Below, in pieces: positions 37,425 through 47,671 of a stretch of DNA of 64,000 bases (position 1 is its first letter; each line of letters opens with the position of its first letter). Position numbers and translations under genes: made by a program. Under the pieces are notes generated by a model. It was not told the DNA's origin and ran no database searches. It saw nothing but the letters and a program-made list of their open reading frames with translations. The stretch is from Gemmatimonadales bacterium (GTDB lineage: Bacteria > Gemmatimonadota > Gemmatimonadetes > Gemmatimonadales > GWC2-71-9): positions 17,317 through 81,316 of the forward strand of contig JBFGJG010000014.1 in the NCBI GenBank assembly GCA_041577295.1, read 5' to 3'.

Positions 37425-39974
37425 CTAGTCACTCATCTCTCGGAGGACGACCAGCGGTGCTTTGCGGGCGACCTCTCGGCTGCTCACCAAGCCGATCGCG
37501 GTCGTAGCAATGGCAGCGAAGAGCCACACGGCGAGGAGCGGCACCGTAGGCAAGCGGAACGGGAGTTCGAAGAAGAATCTCGTGAGGGCCCACCCAGCGA
37601 CCGCAGCGAGGAGCACACCTGTAAAAGCGGACAAAATACCGAGCGTCATATACTCGGCGAACAGGATTTGGCGAATGAGACGCGAACGGGCGCCGAGGGT
37701 CTTGAGCAACGCACTCTCGCGGAGCCGTTGAAATCGGGAGGTCGTGATAGCGCCGACCAACACCACGAGGCCGCTACCGATGCTGAACAACGCCATGAAA
37801 CGAATGGCGAGCGCAACACTGTCGAGGATCTTATCCAGGGTTTGCTGAACTAGTGTGAGGTCGATGGCCGAGACGTTCGCATGACGCAGGACCAGATCGC
37901 GTTGGATTTCGGCGCGCAGCCGCGCGTCCTCCACACGGGTGAGCGTGACAAAGCTCTGCGGAGCGTCGTCCAGCACACCGGGTTCGAAGACCGCGAAGAA
38001 GTTGGTCTCGAAGCGGGCCCAGTCGACGCGTCGAATGCTCGCCACGACGGTTTCGAACTGGCGTCCTTGGATGTTCCAGGTGATCCGGTCCCCCAGGCCC
38101 ACACCCAGCTCAGCTGCGATGTCCTCCTCCAGTGAGATTCGGGGAAGCGTCGGCTCGGTGTCTGATAGGGCCGAACGCTCATCCCACCAGATTCCTGCGA
38201 TCACCGCTTCGGACGCGACGAGCGTGTCGCGATACGTGTTCCGGTACTCTCGCGTCAACGGCCAGCGGCTGCGCCGTTCCGAGCTGTCTTGCAGGATCTC
38301 TTGGACAGGTCGCCCATTCACCGCGGCCAAGCGCGATGATACGATGGGGGTCACGTCGAGGATCGGCGCTCCGCGATGTCGCAGCAACGACTCGACGTCC
38401 TCTCGTTGATCCCGTTGGATGTCGAACAGCACGAGGTTTGGTCGTTCGGGATAGGAGGTGACGCGCAGGCGGTCCAGGAGATTCCATTGAACGACGTAGA
38501 GCGTGGCAAGTAGGAACACGCCAAACCCCACGGCCAATGTGACCGCCATGGTCTGATTGTGTGGTCGGAACAGGTTGCTGAATCCCTGACGGAGCGCAAA
38601 CGGGGTCTTGGCCGGCATCAGCCGCCGCGTCATGCGGGTGGTCACGAACGCCACGATCCACAAGACCCCTGTTGTCACCACGACGCCTCCAGCAAAGCCG
38701 AGACCGATGATCCACGCGGGTGCCTGCCACACGCTCAGCCACAGCACGCTTCCCACGAGTGCGATCATGATGACCGCCTGCAGCGGCCGCGCGTTTCGTG
38801 GGGTGGCTTCGTACTCACTCCTGAGTGCCCTGAGGGGCGGGACGTTTCGGACGTCGAGCAACGGGTACAGGGCGAACATGACGGCAAGCCATACCCCAAT
38901 ACCCAGCCCTGCAGCGACAGCGCTCCAGTCCAGTGCACCGGAGACCTCGAGCGGGAGGAACTCGGCGAACAACGACGGCAGGAACGCCTGAACGGCCGCA
39001 CCAACGGCGGCACCCACGAAGGCGCCGATGAGACCCAGCATCGCTGCCTGCCCGAGGTACACCGCGAACATGGTACGTTGCGTCGCCCCGAGCGCCCGAA
39101 AGACGGCGACCGTGTTGAGTTTTCCTTTGACAAAGACGTGCACCGCACTCGCGACACCGAGGCCTCCCAGCAACAGCGCAACGAGCCCAACGAGGCCGAG
39201 ATACCGCGCAAGCATCCCGAGCGAGCGCGTCAAATCCTCCTCCCGTTCGGCGGCGGTATCGATGCCAATCGCTTGGTCCCGCAAGAACTGACGGTGGGTG
39301 TTCAAGAACCGGTCGAGCTGGTCATCGTCCAGCCGCAACAGTGCGGTGTACCTGGCACGGCTGCCGAACTGCAGCAGTCCGGTCTCGTCCAGGTAGGCCC
39401 CTGGGATGTACACCCGCGGCCCGATGGCGGCCAAGATTCCCAGTTCGCCTGGGACCCGTGTGAGGGCACCGATGATCGCAAAGCGAGATTCGCCGATGAG
39501 CAGCGTATCACCGATTCTCGCCTCCAGCTGAACCAGCAGCGTCGAATCGACGAGCGCATGTCGATCAAACTGGAGCTCGGACCACCGGCCTTCGGGTGCC
39601 GTCTCGATCGTTCCGTAGAAGGGAAAATTGCCTTGGACAGCGCGCACGTCCACGAGCCGTGTGAGCCCTGTTCGGACCGCGAGTGCCATCGAGGCAAAGC
39701 TCGTGACCTCTGATATCGGCACGCCGTTGCGTACCGCCGAATCGAGGATCCCTCGGACGCGTCCAACCAAGGGACTCCGGCTGCGGAGCTCGAGGTCCGC
39801 CCCGAGCAGAACGCGCGACTGACCTCTGATCGAGGCGGCGACGTTCTCGCGGAACGAGTTGATCGACACGAGCGCCGCCACGCCAAGGGCGATCGAGCCC
39901 ATGAACACCCCGAGGCGGCGTCGGCTGCTCCGAAACTCGCGACGCATGGTGGACAACACAAACGGGAGGCTCAC
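37425..39974 (-). CDS. ABC transporter permease, YbbP-like (duplicated FtsX domains)
   Basis: IALGVAAL, LLGADL, FPFYG, RALGA, PNLVLFDIQ, RRVDW...NFF, LLKTLGA; next to ybbA/tesA. Confidence 0.9.
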   Translation of the reverse strand: MSLPFVLSTMRREFRSSRRRLGVFMGSIALGVAALVSINSFRENVAASIRGQSRVLLGADLELRSRSPLVGRVRGILDSAVRNGVPISEVTSFASMALAVRTGLTRLVDVRAVQGNFPFYGTIETAPEGRWSELQFDRHALVDSTLLVQLEARIGDTLLIGESRFAIIGALTRVPGELGILAAIGPRVYIPGAYLDETGLLQFGSRARYTALLRLDDDQLDRFLNTHRQFLRDQAIGIDTAAEREEDLTRSLGMLARYLGLVGLVALLLGGLGVASAVHVFVKGKLNTVAVFRALGATQRTMFAVYLGQAAMLGLIGAFVGAAVGAAVQAFLPSLFAEFLPLEVSGALDWSAVAAGLGIGVWLAVMFALYPLLDVRNVPPLRALRSEYEATPRNARPLQAVIMIALVGSVLWLSVWQAPAWIIGLGFAGGVVVTTGVLWIVAFVTTRMTRRLMPAKTPFALRQGFSNLFRPHNQTMAVTLAVGFGVFLLATLYVVQWNLLDRLRVTSYPERPNLVLFDIQRDQREDVESLLRHRGAPILDVTPIVSSRLAAVNGRPVQEILQDSSERRSRWPLTREYRNTYRDTLVASEAVIAGIWWDERSALSDTEPTLPRISLEEDIAAELGVGLGDRITWNIQGRQFETVVASIRRVDWARFETNFFAVFEPGVLDDAPQSFVTLTRVEDARLRAEIQRDLVLRHANVSAIDLTLVQQTLDKILDSVALAIRFMALFSIGSGLVVLVGAITTSRFQRLRESALLKTLGARSRLIRQILFAEYMTLGILSAFTGVLLAAVAGWALTRFFFELPFRLPTVPLLAVWLFAAIATTAIGLVSSREVARKAPLVVLREMSD

Positions 39975-40675
39975 CGAACGGCCCCTGTCGACTTGGGTAC
40001 CAAACGGCCCTCCGAAATACGCACAACACGATGCGCGCGGCCTGCGAGCTCCGGATCGTGCGTGACCAAGACGAGCGTGGTTTGTCCCTCCAGGTTGAGG
40101 GCCTCGAGGAGGTCGATGACGTGACGTCCCGTGGCGGCGTCGAGATTCCCCGTCGGCTCATCGGCAAAGAGCACCTTGGGCGCGTTGGCAAAGGCACGGG
40201 CAATGGCGACACGCTGCTGCTCACCGCCAGACAGCTGGCTCGGATAGTGATCCACGCGGTCCGCCAGCCCAACGCGGTCCAGCAGCTCGAGTGCACGCAA
40301 TGACGCTCCGCCGCCATCGAATGTGGGGGCGTGCAGTCGACGGAGCTCGATGGGAACCATCACGTTCTCGAGTGCGGTGAGGGTTGGGATCAGCTGGAAT
40401 GTTTGAAACACGAACCCGACCTTTTCCGCCCGAAGGCGTGCGCGTCCGTCCTCCGTGAGGCTTCCAAGGTTGACGCCGTCCAGCGTTACCGTTCCGGCCG
40501 TCGGTCGTTCGAGACCTGCCAACAGACCGAGCAGCGTGGTCTTCCCGCTGCCGGACGGACCGACGATCGCCACGAAGCCCTGTGGCTCGACATGTAACGA
40601 CACATCTCGCAACACGGTGAGGGGGCGGCCACCACTTGAGTATGTTTGTTCGAGATTGTCAGCGATGATCATCAT
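39971..40675 (-). CDS. ABC transporter ATP-binding protein, YbbA-like
   Basis: [42 protein letters not shown]; start re-assigned to ATG 40675 (or 40672). Confidence 0.93.
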   Translation of the reverse strand: MMIIADNLEQTYSSGGRPLTVLRDVSLHVEPQGFVAIVGPSGSGKTTLLGLLAGLERPTAGTVTLDGVNLGSLTEDGRARLRAEKVGFVFQTFQLIPTLTALENVMVPIELRRLHAPTFDGGGASLRALELLDRVGLADRVDHYPSQLSGGEQQRVAIARAFANAPKVLFADEPTGNLDAATGRHVIDLLEALNLEGQTTLVLVTHDPELAGRAHRVVRISEGRLVPKSTGAVR

Positions 40676-41357
40676 GGATCGCAAGATAGCGTGGATTCTG
40701 GGCGTCGCGCTCCTCGGGTGTGGCTCGTCCGACGAGCAACAGGAGGTGGTACGCGCTCGGGCCAATGGAGTTTCACCAGCAGGGGATGCCCAGCCGGTGG
40801 TGGCGTTTCTCGGAACCAGTCTCACGGCGGGTCAAGGAGTTGCTGCAGACGAGGCGTTCCCAGCGTTGATCCAACATAAGATTGATTCGGCGGGCTTGCG
40901 GTATCGCGTCGTCAACGCGGGGGTTAGCGGTGAAACCTCCGCAGGCGGATTACGACGAATTGACTGGTTGTTGGAGGAGCCCGTTGCCGTGCTCGTGATC
41001 GAGCTTGGGGCGAACGACGGACTCCGTGGACTTTCACTCGAGGCGCTGCGCGACAACCTGCAGCAGATCGTCGATCGAACCGTTGGCCGCCGCCCCAACG
41101 CACGGATCCTCATCGCCGCCATGGAAGCACCACCCAACATGGGAAGGGGTTTTACCACAGCCTTTCGCCAAGTCTTCATTGACGTGGCTCAGGAGAACGA
41201 CGCAGCGCTCGTTCCGTTCTTGCTAGCGGGCGTGGCAGGGGTTCCCGAGCTGAATCAGCCCGACGGAATTCACCCGACGGCCGAGGGTCAACGAATGATG
41301 GCGGAGCGCGTGTGGGAGGTGCTGGAACCCGAGCTGCGGACGCTCAGCTCCCCATGA
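40674..41357 (+). CDS. tesA: Arylesterase/acyl-CoA thioesterase I (SGNH hydrolase, TesA-like), probable lipoprotein
   Basis: FLGTSLTAG, NAGVSGETS, ELGANDGLRG, DGIHP; LLG|C lipobox; divergent from ybbA-like gene. Confidence 0.85.
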   Translation: MDRKIAWILGVALLGCGSSDEQQEVVRARANGVSPAGDAQPVVAFLGTSLTAGQGVAADEAFPALIQHKIDSAGLRYRVVNAGVSGETSAGGLRRIDWLLEEPVAVLVIELGANDGLRGLSLEALRDNLQQIVDRTVGRRPNARILIAAMEAPPNMGRGFTTAFRQVFIDVAQENDAALVPFLLAGVAGVPELNQPDGIHPTAEGQRMMAERVWEVLEPELRTLSSP

Positions 41358-43614
41358 CCTTGTGCACGATGGCTTGGAACCTTGGATCGTCACGCAGGCT
41401 ATCCCACACCGGGTCGATGTTCAAGAAGCTCATCCAGGGAGCGTGATCTTCGAGGCCACGTTCGAGCCAGGTCAATGCTGCATCCTTTTTTCCCATCCAC
41501 AGATTCAACAGCGCAATGTCCCGTGGGGACGCGTCGTGCCTCCCCTGAGGATTCTCGAGCTGCTCGAGCGTCGCCTGCGCCTCATCGATCTTGCCCGCCG
41601 CCGCCTGCGCGCACCCCAGTCCTGCGAGGAGGGCGGAGATCTGCCCACCGTACTCGAGTGCACGTTCGATGTAGTCGAGTGCCGTCTCACTCTCGCCGCT
41701 CAACAGGTGAATCCACCCTCGCAGACTCAGGGCAGGCGGGAAGGTTGGGTCGAGCTCGAGTGTCTTGTTGAGCTGTTCGGCAGCCCGGTCGAATCGGCGC
41801 GCCCAGTAGTACTGCATCGCGACGTGTGAGTTCACGATGAGTGACACGGGGTCGAGCTCGAGGGCGCGCTTGGCGTTCTTGATAGCCTCCTCATGCCGCC
41901 CCCGTGCCGCGAGATAGAAGCCGAACTCAATGAACGGCTTCTCGCATTCGGCGCATCCGGCGTTCGCGTTCGCAAACGCGGTATCCGCCGCCTCCCAGTC
42001 CCAGTCGCACCATGTATGGAACGCGCCGAGGATTCCGTGTGCGTCGATCTGCGTCTCATCCAACTGGAGAGCGCGCTCTGCCGCCTCCTTCGCGTTGGCG
42101 AACGCCTCGCGGGACGGGATGGGTCCGCTCGCGATCCCGAGCATGAGATAGGTGCGCGCGAGCCCGGTGTAGGCCAGGGCAAACTCCGGGTCACGCTTGA
42201 TCGCCTGCTCGAACGACTTGATCGCGCGCAACGACGAGTCGGCCGTAAACCTGTTGAAGTAGTGGATTCCCCGGAGATAGTGGTTATAGGCCTCGAGGTC
42301 GTCGGTCGGTTTCTTTTCGATCCGCGCCTGCTCCAGTGGTGAAAGTGTGGCCCGGAGCGCCTTGGCGATCTGCTCCGCCACGTCGGTCTGGATCGCGAAG
42401 ATGTCAGTGAGATCTCGATCGTACGTCTCCGCCCAGAGATGCGCGTCGCTGCGCGCGTCGACGAGCTGGGCCGTGATCCGCACCCGGTTTGCCGAGCGGC
42501 GCACGCTGCCCTCGAGCACCGTGGCGACGCCGAGCTCCATCCCAATCTCTCCGAGACTGCTCCGCGTCTCTTTGTAGCGCATCACTGAGGTGCGAGACGT
42601 GACCTTGAGGTCGCTGATCTTCGACAGCTGCGTGATGATCTCGTCCGTGATGCCGTCGGTGAAGTATTCGTTGTCCTTGTCTCCACTGAGGCTGGCAAAC
42701 GGCAGTACGGCTATCGACTTTGCCGGGATCTCGCGTGGTGAGGGGGGCGTGAACACCGGGCCACCATGGGGTGCCGACGGATCGAGCGACGTGAGCGCGC
42801 GGGCAAAGTCCCCCGTCGTCTCGAACCGCCCCACGGGATCCCAGCAGAGTGCCTTGATCAATGCAAGCTCAATGGACTCGGGCACCGTGTCGGTCGTAGT
42901 CTTAGTAGTGCGCGTCGTGCGCTGCCGCTTGAGCGCGGTCCGCGTATCGCGTGTGCCCGGCGGCGGTGGCTCACCGTAAAGCATCTCGTACAACACGCAA
43001 CCGAGACTGTAGATGTCCGTGCGGCCGTCGATCTCGCTGCTTCCGGTCGCCTGTTCCGGGCTCATGTACCCCGGCGTCCCGATTGGGAGACCGGCGACCG
43101 TGATGTTGCGGTCGGAAGCAACGCTCACCGCTCGGGCGATCCCGAAGTCGGCCACGAGGGCGTGTCCACCGGAGAGCAAGATGTTCTCCGGTTTGATATC
43201 GCGATGGACGATGGAATGCCCGTGTGCGTACTCGAGGGCGTCTGCAACGTCGTGCGCAACATGGAGCGCGTCAGCCACCGGCATAGGGCCCTCGCGCAGC
43301 AGTCGCTGCCTGAGTGACTGGCCCGCGATGTATGGCATGACGTAATACAGGAGATCGCTCACCTCGCCAGCCGCGAACACGGGGACGATGTGGGGATGCG
43401 TGAGCTTCGAGACGATCTCCACCTCACGCAGGAAACGGTCCCGACCCAAGCGATCGGTGTACTCGGGATCGAGCACCTTCACCGCCACCTTGCGTTTGGG
43501 GTGTCGCTCCTCCGCCAGAAAGACCGTGGCCATCCCGCCACGACCGATCGGTCGCTCGATCAGGTAATGGTCGGCCAGAGCCTCCCTAATGGTCTGCGAA
43601 AGCGTATCCACCAA
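41344..43614 (-). CDS. Ser/Thr protein kinase with TolB_N-like domain and TPR repeats
   Basis: GRGGMATV, VAVK, HRDIKPEN, DFG, GTPGYMSPEQ; SIAVLPF...YFTDGITDEII; LEGSVRR; C-terminal TPRs ending LRDDPRF. Confidence 0.93.
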   Translation of the reverse strand: MVDTLSQTIREALADHYLIERPIGRGGMATVFLAEERHPKRKVAVKVLDPEYTDRLGRDRFLREVEIVSKLTHPHIVPVFAAGEVSDLLYYVMPYIAGQSLRQRLLREGPMPVADALHVAHDVADALEYAHGHSIVHRDIKPENILLSGGHALVADFGIARAVSVASDRNITVAGLPIGTPGYMSPEQATGSSEIDGRTDIYSLGCVLYEMLYGEPPPPGTRDTRTALKRQRTTRTTKTTTDTVPESIELALIKALCWDPVGRFETTGDFARALTSLDPSAPHGGPVFTPPSPREIPAKSIAVLPFASLSGDKDNEYFTDGITDEIITQLSKISDLKVTSRTSVMRYKETRSSLGEIGMELGVATVLEGSVRRSANRVRITAQLVDARSDAHLWAETYDRDLTDIFAIQTDVAEQIAKALRATLSPLEQARIEKKPTDDLEAYNHYLRGIHYFNRFTADSSLRAIKSFEQAIKRDPEFALAYTGLARTYLMLGIASGPIPSREAFANAKEAAERALQLDETQIDAHGILGAFHTWCDWDWEAADTAFANANAGCAECEKPFIEFGFYLAARGRHEEAIKNAKRALELDPVSLIVNSHVAMQYYWARRFDRAAEQLNKTLELDPTFPPALSLRGWIHLLSGESETALDYIERALEYGGQISALLAGLGCAQAAAGKIDEAQATLEQLENPQGRHDASPRDIALLNLWMGKKDAALTWLERGLEDHAPWMSFLNIDPVWDSLRDDPRFQAIVHKVMGS

Positions 43615-43749
43615 CGATGGTACCCCGTTTGAACCGAACCTTCATAATAACCCCTCGGGGAAGCTTCGGGATCCGGGCGGGAAGAATTGGACGGGTCACG
43701 CGGGCGCCGCGAAGCCCGTGGTGAGCTTCGCGGCGAGCACGGTGGGCGC

Positions 43750-44682
43750 TCAGGATGCGGCGGGGAGTTGGGCTTGCGTAGCCTCCCAGCCCAGGATGGC
43801 CTTCTTGCGTGACGCGCCCCAACGATAGTTGCCGAGCACCCCGGACTTTCGGATGGCTCGATGACAAGGGATGAGGTAGGCAATGGGGTTCTGACCGACC
43901 GCGCGCCCCACGGCGCGCTCGGCACCGCGCCGGCCTATGGCTCCCGCGATGCTCTGATACGACACGAGGCATCCCGGAGGCACCCGCAGCAGCGCCCGCC
44001 ACACCTGGACCTGGAAGTTGGTCCCAGTCACGGCCAGTTTGATCGGTTCGGTCGCCTCTGAGTGTGGCTCGAAGATTTGTGATGCCACCGCACCGGTGGC
44101 ATCGGGGTCATGCTCCAGTGTCGCAGCGGGCCACTCCGCCTCAATCACCGCGAGTGGGCGAACATCATCCGCTTCATCAACGAACTCGATGCGGCACAGA
44201 CCCCGATCGGTCGCCGCCATGAAGCACCAGCCGAACGGGGATGCGTGAATACCATACGAGATCGTGAGGTGCTCCCCCCCCGTGCCATACTCGCCCGGCG
44301 TCATGCCCTCGAGTGACACGAAGTGGTCATGCAACCTGCTCGGTCCGGATAGCCCCGCATCGATTGCGGCATGCAGAACGGAGTGGCCTTGGAGCAGTGC
44401 CGTCTTGGCGTGCTCGACGGTGAGGCACTGCAGAAAACGCTTCGGGCTCACCCCGGCCCAACGGCGGAACAGCCGCTGAAAATGGTACTCACTGAGGCCG
44501 ATCGCTCCGGCCACGTCGCTCAATTGCGGTTGGCTGCGGTAGCGCTCGTCGAGATACTCGATAGCCCGTTGGATGCGTGTGTAATCGCGCAGCTGGTCGA
44601 GCACCACCCGCGTCTCGGTCAACCCGACTGCGTGCGCAGAGTGCTCGTTCGTCGGTGTGTTGCGTTGGGCGAAAACTGACAC
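43750..44682 (-). CDS. AraC-type HTH plus methylated-DNA-protein-cysteine methyltransferase (Ada/Ogt-like, no N-terminal Zn domain)
   Basis: HFQRLFRRWAGVSPKRF, SRLHDHF, GTNFQVQVW, IPCHR active site. Start uncertain (44604-44682). Confidence 0.9.
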   Translation of the reverse strand: MSVFAQRNTPTNEHSAHAVGLTETRVVLDQLRDYTRIQRAIEYLDERYRSQPQLSDVAGAIGLSEYHFQRLFRRWAGVSPKRFLQCLTVEHAKTALLQGHSVLHAAIDAGLSGPSRLHDHFVSLEGMTPGEYGTGGEHLTISYGIHASPFGWCFMAATDRGLCRIEFVDEADDVRPLAVIEAEWPAATLEHDPDATGAVASQIFEPHSEATEPIKLAVTGTNFQVQVWRALLRVPPGCLVSYQSIAGAIGRRGAERAVGRAVGQNPIAYLIPCHRAIRKSGVLGNYRWGASRKKAILGWEATQAQLPAAS

Positions 44683-44800
44683 CTTCTAACCTCAGGGTTG
44701 CGGCCGCCCTCAAGGTGCTAGAGGAGGAAAGGGCAGGCAACCCGAAACTTGCTACCGATCCCGCCCCACCCTTCCCGCCGCTGGGTTGGAGGATTTGATC

Positions 44801-45751
44801 CTACCACCCTATCCCCTCTAGTCCAAGAAGCGATAGCGGGTCCAGCGAAACCGACCCGTAGCGTGCGGTCCAGTGGAGGTGGGGACCCGTAACGCGTCCG
44901 GTGGCTCCGGCTCGGCCGATGACCTGGCCAGTCTCGACAGTGTCGCCTTCACTGACGCCGATGGCGCTCAGGTGCATATAGACGGTGACTAACCCCGCGC
45001 CGTGGTCGAGATAGACTACTCGGCCGGCGTAATAGAAATCCCTGGCCAGTGCCACCACTCCCCGGTTGGTCGCATGCACCGGTGCGCCCGCCGCGGCGTC
45101 GAGGTCCACACCCATATGCCGGCTGCGAAGCTCACCATTGAACTGTCGACCCATGCCAAACGGACTGGTAATGGGGTCAGGGACCGGCCGGCGGAACGCT
45201 CCCCGCCAGAGGCGCGGGTTGGTGTGCGTCCCGCGCGAGACCTGCCGCGCCAGTGCGAACTCGCTTGCGATGCGCGCCGCCAGCGCGGAGTCAGGAGCCC
45301 GGGTGAAGCGAGGGTCCACTGAAAGGCTCTCGGTTGGGAATGTCACTCGCTCGACCGGCAGACGTCGGAAGACGTGCTCGGATCCGCCGCCACTGCGGAC
45401 CACGGTCAGGGTGAGCGGCAGCGAATCCCGGCTATCGATCGGCACGCCACTCAACGCCCAGAGGCGGCGATCGGGCGCGCGTTCGAAGTGGAGAGGTTGT
45501 CCCGCAAGCATGCCGTGCACTGAGTCAATCGGTCCGCGGCTCCCCGGCGCTTGGTCTTCATGGACCACGATGATCACCGCCGAGCCCTGGGGCGGCCGTA
45601 CGGGTGCCCAGGACACGACCGCGGCCGCAGTCCCAGTGGCACTGATCACGCTGATGCCACTGACGGCGCCGAATCCGCAAAAGGCGCTGATACCGCAGAT
45701 GGCGCCGATACCTCGAACCAAGCTGATAACGCTCATCTTCTGCGGTCTCAT
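44801..45751 (-). CDS. M23-family metallopeptidase
   Basis: ITSPFG, HMGVD, DHGAG...YMHLS, GATGRVTGPHLHW. Confidence 0.9.
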   Translation of the reverse strand: MRPQKMSVISLVRGIGAICGISAFCGFGAVSGISVISATGTAAAVVSWAPVRPPQGSAVIIVVHEDQAPGSRGPIDSVHGMLAGQPLHFERAPDRRLWALSGVPIDSRDSLPLTLTVVRSGGGSEHVFRRLPVERVTFPTESLSVDPRFTRAPDSALAARIASEFALARQVSRGTHTNPRLWRGAFRRPVPDPITSPFGMGRQFNGELRSRHMGVDLDAAAGAPVHATNRGVVALARDFYYAGRVVYLDHGAGLVTVYMHLSAIGVSEGDTVETGQVIGRAGATGRVTGPHLHWTARYGSVSLDPLSLLGLEGIGW

Positions 45752-45873
45752 GGGCCGTTGTTACCTCTCACTTTAAGATTGTGCCTGCCATACGTGGTAC
45801 GCAGCGCGACCGGGAAGGTTGCGCGGCAAATGTAGAGCGCTGTTGAGGAAAAGTGGAGGTGTGCCTGAAGGGG

Positions 45874-46596
45874 CTAGCTCGCGACCTTCCTCGTGCGTGG
45901 CTCGCCGACACCGCCGAATCGGCGCTCACGACGATGGAACTCGGACAACGCGACTGCAAGATCGGCTTTGCGGAAATCCGGCCAGAGTACGGGGGTAAAG
46001 TAGAGCTCTGCGTAGGCGGCTTCCCACAACAGGAAGTCCGATAACCGCTGTTCGCCGGCTGTGCGGACAATCAGGTCCGGATCCGGCGCCCCGCCGCTCA
46101 CGTGTCGACGGACGACGTCCGGGTTGATGGCTGAAGACTCGAGCTGCCCGTCAGCGACGAAGCGCGCGATCTGTTGGGTGGCGTTCGCTATGGCCCAACG
46201 GGACCCGTAATCGATTGCCAGGCGGAGGTGCAGCTTGGCGCCGCGTGTGGTTGCCGCCGCGACCTCGTCCAAGGCGGCCAGCGCGGCTTTGGGAATGCGA
46301 TCGCGCCGACCCATGTGCGATACGTGAACGCCGTTCGCCAACAGCTCCGCGCACTCGCGCCGGCAGTACTCCCGTAGCAGCCAAAAGAGACGGCCAACCT
46401 CCGTCGGTGGGCGTTTCCAATTGTCGATCGAGAACGCATAGAGCGTGAGCGTCGTGATTCCCAGGTCGGGAGCGCCACGCACGATGTCGCGCACGCTATC
46501 GACGCCCGCCAAGTGTCCCCGCCATCGCGGGAGTCCCTGAGCGCGTGCCCAGCGCCCGTTGCCGTCCATGATGATCCCTACGTGCAATCCACTCAT
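45874..46596 (-). CDS. uppS: Undecaprenyl diphosphate synthase / cis-isoprenyl transferase
   Basis: HVGIIMDGNGRWA, YAFSIDNWKRP, PDLIVRTAGEQRLSDFLLWEAAYAE, RRFGG. Confidence 0.92.
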   Translation of the reverse strand: MSGLHVGIIMDGNGRWARAQGLPRWRGHLAGVDSVRDIVRGAPDLGITTLTLYAFSIDNWKRPPTEVGRLFWLLREYCRRECAELLANGVHVSHMGRRDRIPKAALAALDEVAAATTRGAKLHLRLAIDYGSRWAIANATQQIARFVADGQLESSAINPDVVRRHVSGGAPDPDLIVRTAGEQRLSDFLLWEAAYAELYFTPVLWPDFRKADLAVALSEFHRRERRFGGVGEPRTRKVAS

Positions 46597-46913
46597 GCCC
46601 GCTCCAACGCATCCCGCGCGACGCTCAAAATGGCTTCCATCTGGTCCAGGTAGTTCTCCAGCGCTCGCCGTCCCTTGGTCGTCAATCGGAACTCCGTCTT
46701 GGGTTTTCTATCGGCGAATCCTTTGGTCGCCTTGATGTAACCCGCCTCTTCCAGCTTTCGGGCGTGCACGCTCAAGTTTCCGTCGGTCGCACTCAGGATC
46801 TTCTTGAGGTCGCCGAAGCTGAGGCTCTCATCCGCGGCCAGCGCGGAGACGATCCCGAGCCGGACCCGCTCGTGAATCAGCCGGTCGAGCTCGTCCGTGA
46901 CGGAGCTACCCAC
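46593..46913 (-). CDS. Winged-helix transcriptional regulator (MarR/ArsR-like, HTH_34 type)
   Basis: LDRLIHERVRLGIVSAL, TDGNLSVHARKLEEAGYI, LTTKGRRAL. Start uncertain (GTG 46913). Confidence 0.87.
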   Translation of the reverse strand: MGSSVTDELDRLIHERVRLGIVSALAADESLSFGDLKKILSATDGNLSVHARKLEEAGYIKATKGFADRKPKTEFRLTTKGRRALENYLDQMEAILSVARDALERA

Positions 46914-47487
46914 CGTGTCTCCAGACGAGGTCGAGTCCGATGCCGAGGTGCACGCCTCCAAACCCAACCGCTAGGAGCGCTAGGCCGAGGTCCGGCCGAA
47001 GCAGTGCCGTGGCACCGAGCAGAAGGAACGTGATGCCCATCGCGCGGATTGCGCGGACGGAAAAGGTTCCTCCGGCGCTCACGCCTGCGCCGTACAAGGC
47101 AAGCCATGTGCCAGGTAGGAGTTGCGCGACTCCGGCGTCGTGAAGCGCAAACGTGAGGATCGCACCGGCCGCGATGGCGGGAGTCATCACCCACACCATC
47201 TTGCGAACGGCCCCGGACCATACGGGCACGCGGAGACGGCTCGCCTTGTACGCGTTCGCGGCGAGGGCAAGGGTCACCGAGAGGACGGCTGCTGGAATCC
47301 AAACTCTGAGATCGCTTGGGGTTCCACCGCTCGAGGCTAGCCAGGCCGCGAGGAGACCGACAAGCCCAACCCCAACTAGCCCCCATCCGGATACCGCAGT
47401 GAACGTCGACGCGGACTCCATGGTGCGCCGGATGTACGCCAGTGTCTCTTGGGCCTGTTGTTGATCTTCGTGCGTGGGTATGGTCAC
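46906..47487 (-). CDS. Conserved-type multi-pass membrane protein
   Basis: LAYIRRTME, VSGWG, LPGTWLALYG, FGGVHL; about six hydrophobic segments; start re-assigned to GTG 47487. Confidence 0.78.
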   Translation of the reverse strand: MTIPTHEDQQQAQETLAYIRRTMESASTFTAVSGWGLVGVGLVGLLAAWLASSGGTPSDLRVWIPAAVLSVTLALAANAYKASRLRVPVWSGAVRKMVWVMTPAIAAGAILTFALHDAGVAQLLPGTWLALYGAGVSAGGTFSVRAIRAMGITFLLLGATALLRPDLGLALLAVGFGGVHLGIGLDLVWRHGG

Positions 47488-47520
47488 GAGCCCCCCCGTT
47501 AGGGTGAGAATGCACAAAGA

Positions 47521-47560
47521 ACTTTATATGGCAAAGTACGGTTTGCCGTGCAGAATGCAA
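47521..47560 (-). promoter_or_regulatory. Candidate promoter with overlapping inverted-repeat operator
   Basis: Minus strand TTGCAT-N16-TACTTT; ACTTT-N7-AAAGT at 47521-47537 overlaps the -10/+1 region. Confidence 0.55.
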
Positions 47561-47671
47561 GGGGCTGCACGGACCTCGGGGTTGAACCTTACCGAGCTCC
47601 CTGATTAGAATCCTGCCCGGTTTTCCAACCGGGATGACGCCAGACACTCGCTTGCCCGTACAACACTTACC

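Noticed and set aside
43705..43735. 11-bp hairpin CGCCGCGAAGC/GCTTCGCGGCG after the ada/ogt gene
   Set aside because: Real stem but no U-tract or other support; probably an ordinary 3' stabiliser.
43750..44682. Truncated ada pseudogene
   Set aside because: AraC-HTH plus Ogt without the Zn domain is a common intact architecture and PCHR is present.
45640..45737. Imperfect 9/18-nt periodicity at the M23 gene 5' end (GIGAICGISAFCGFGAVSGISVISA)
   Set aside because: Too short and degenerate for a CRISPR or VNTR call; consistent with a low-complexity signal/membrane segment.
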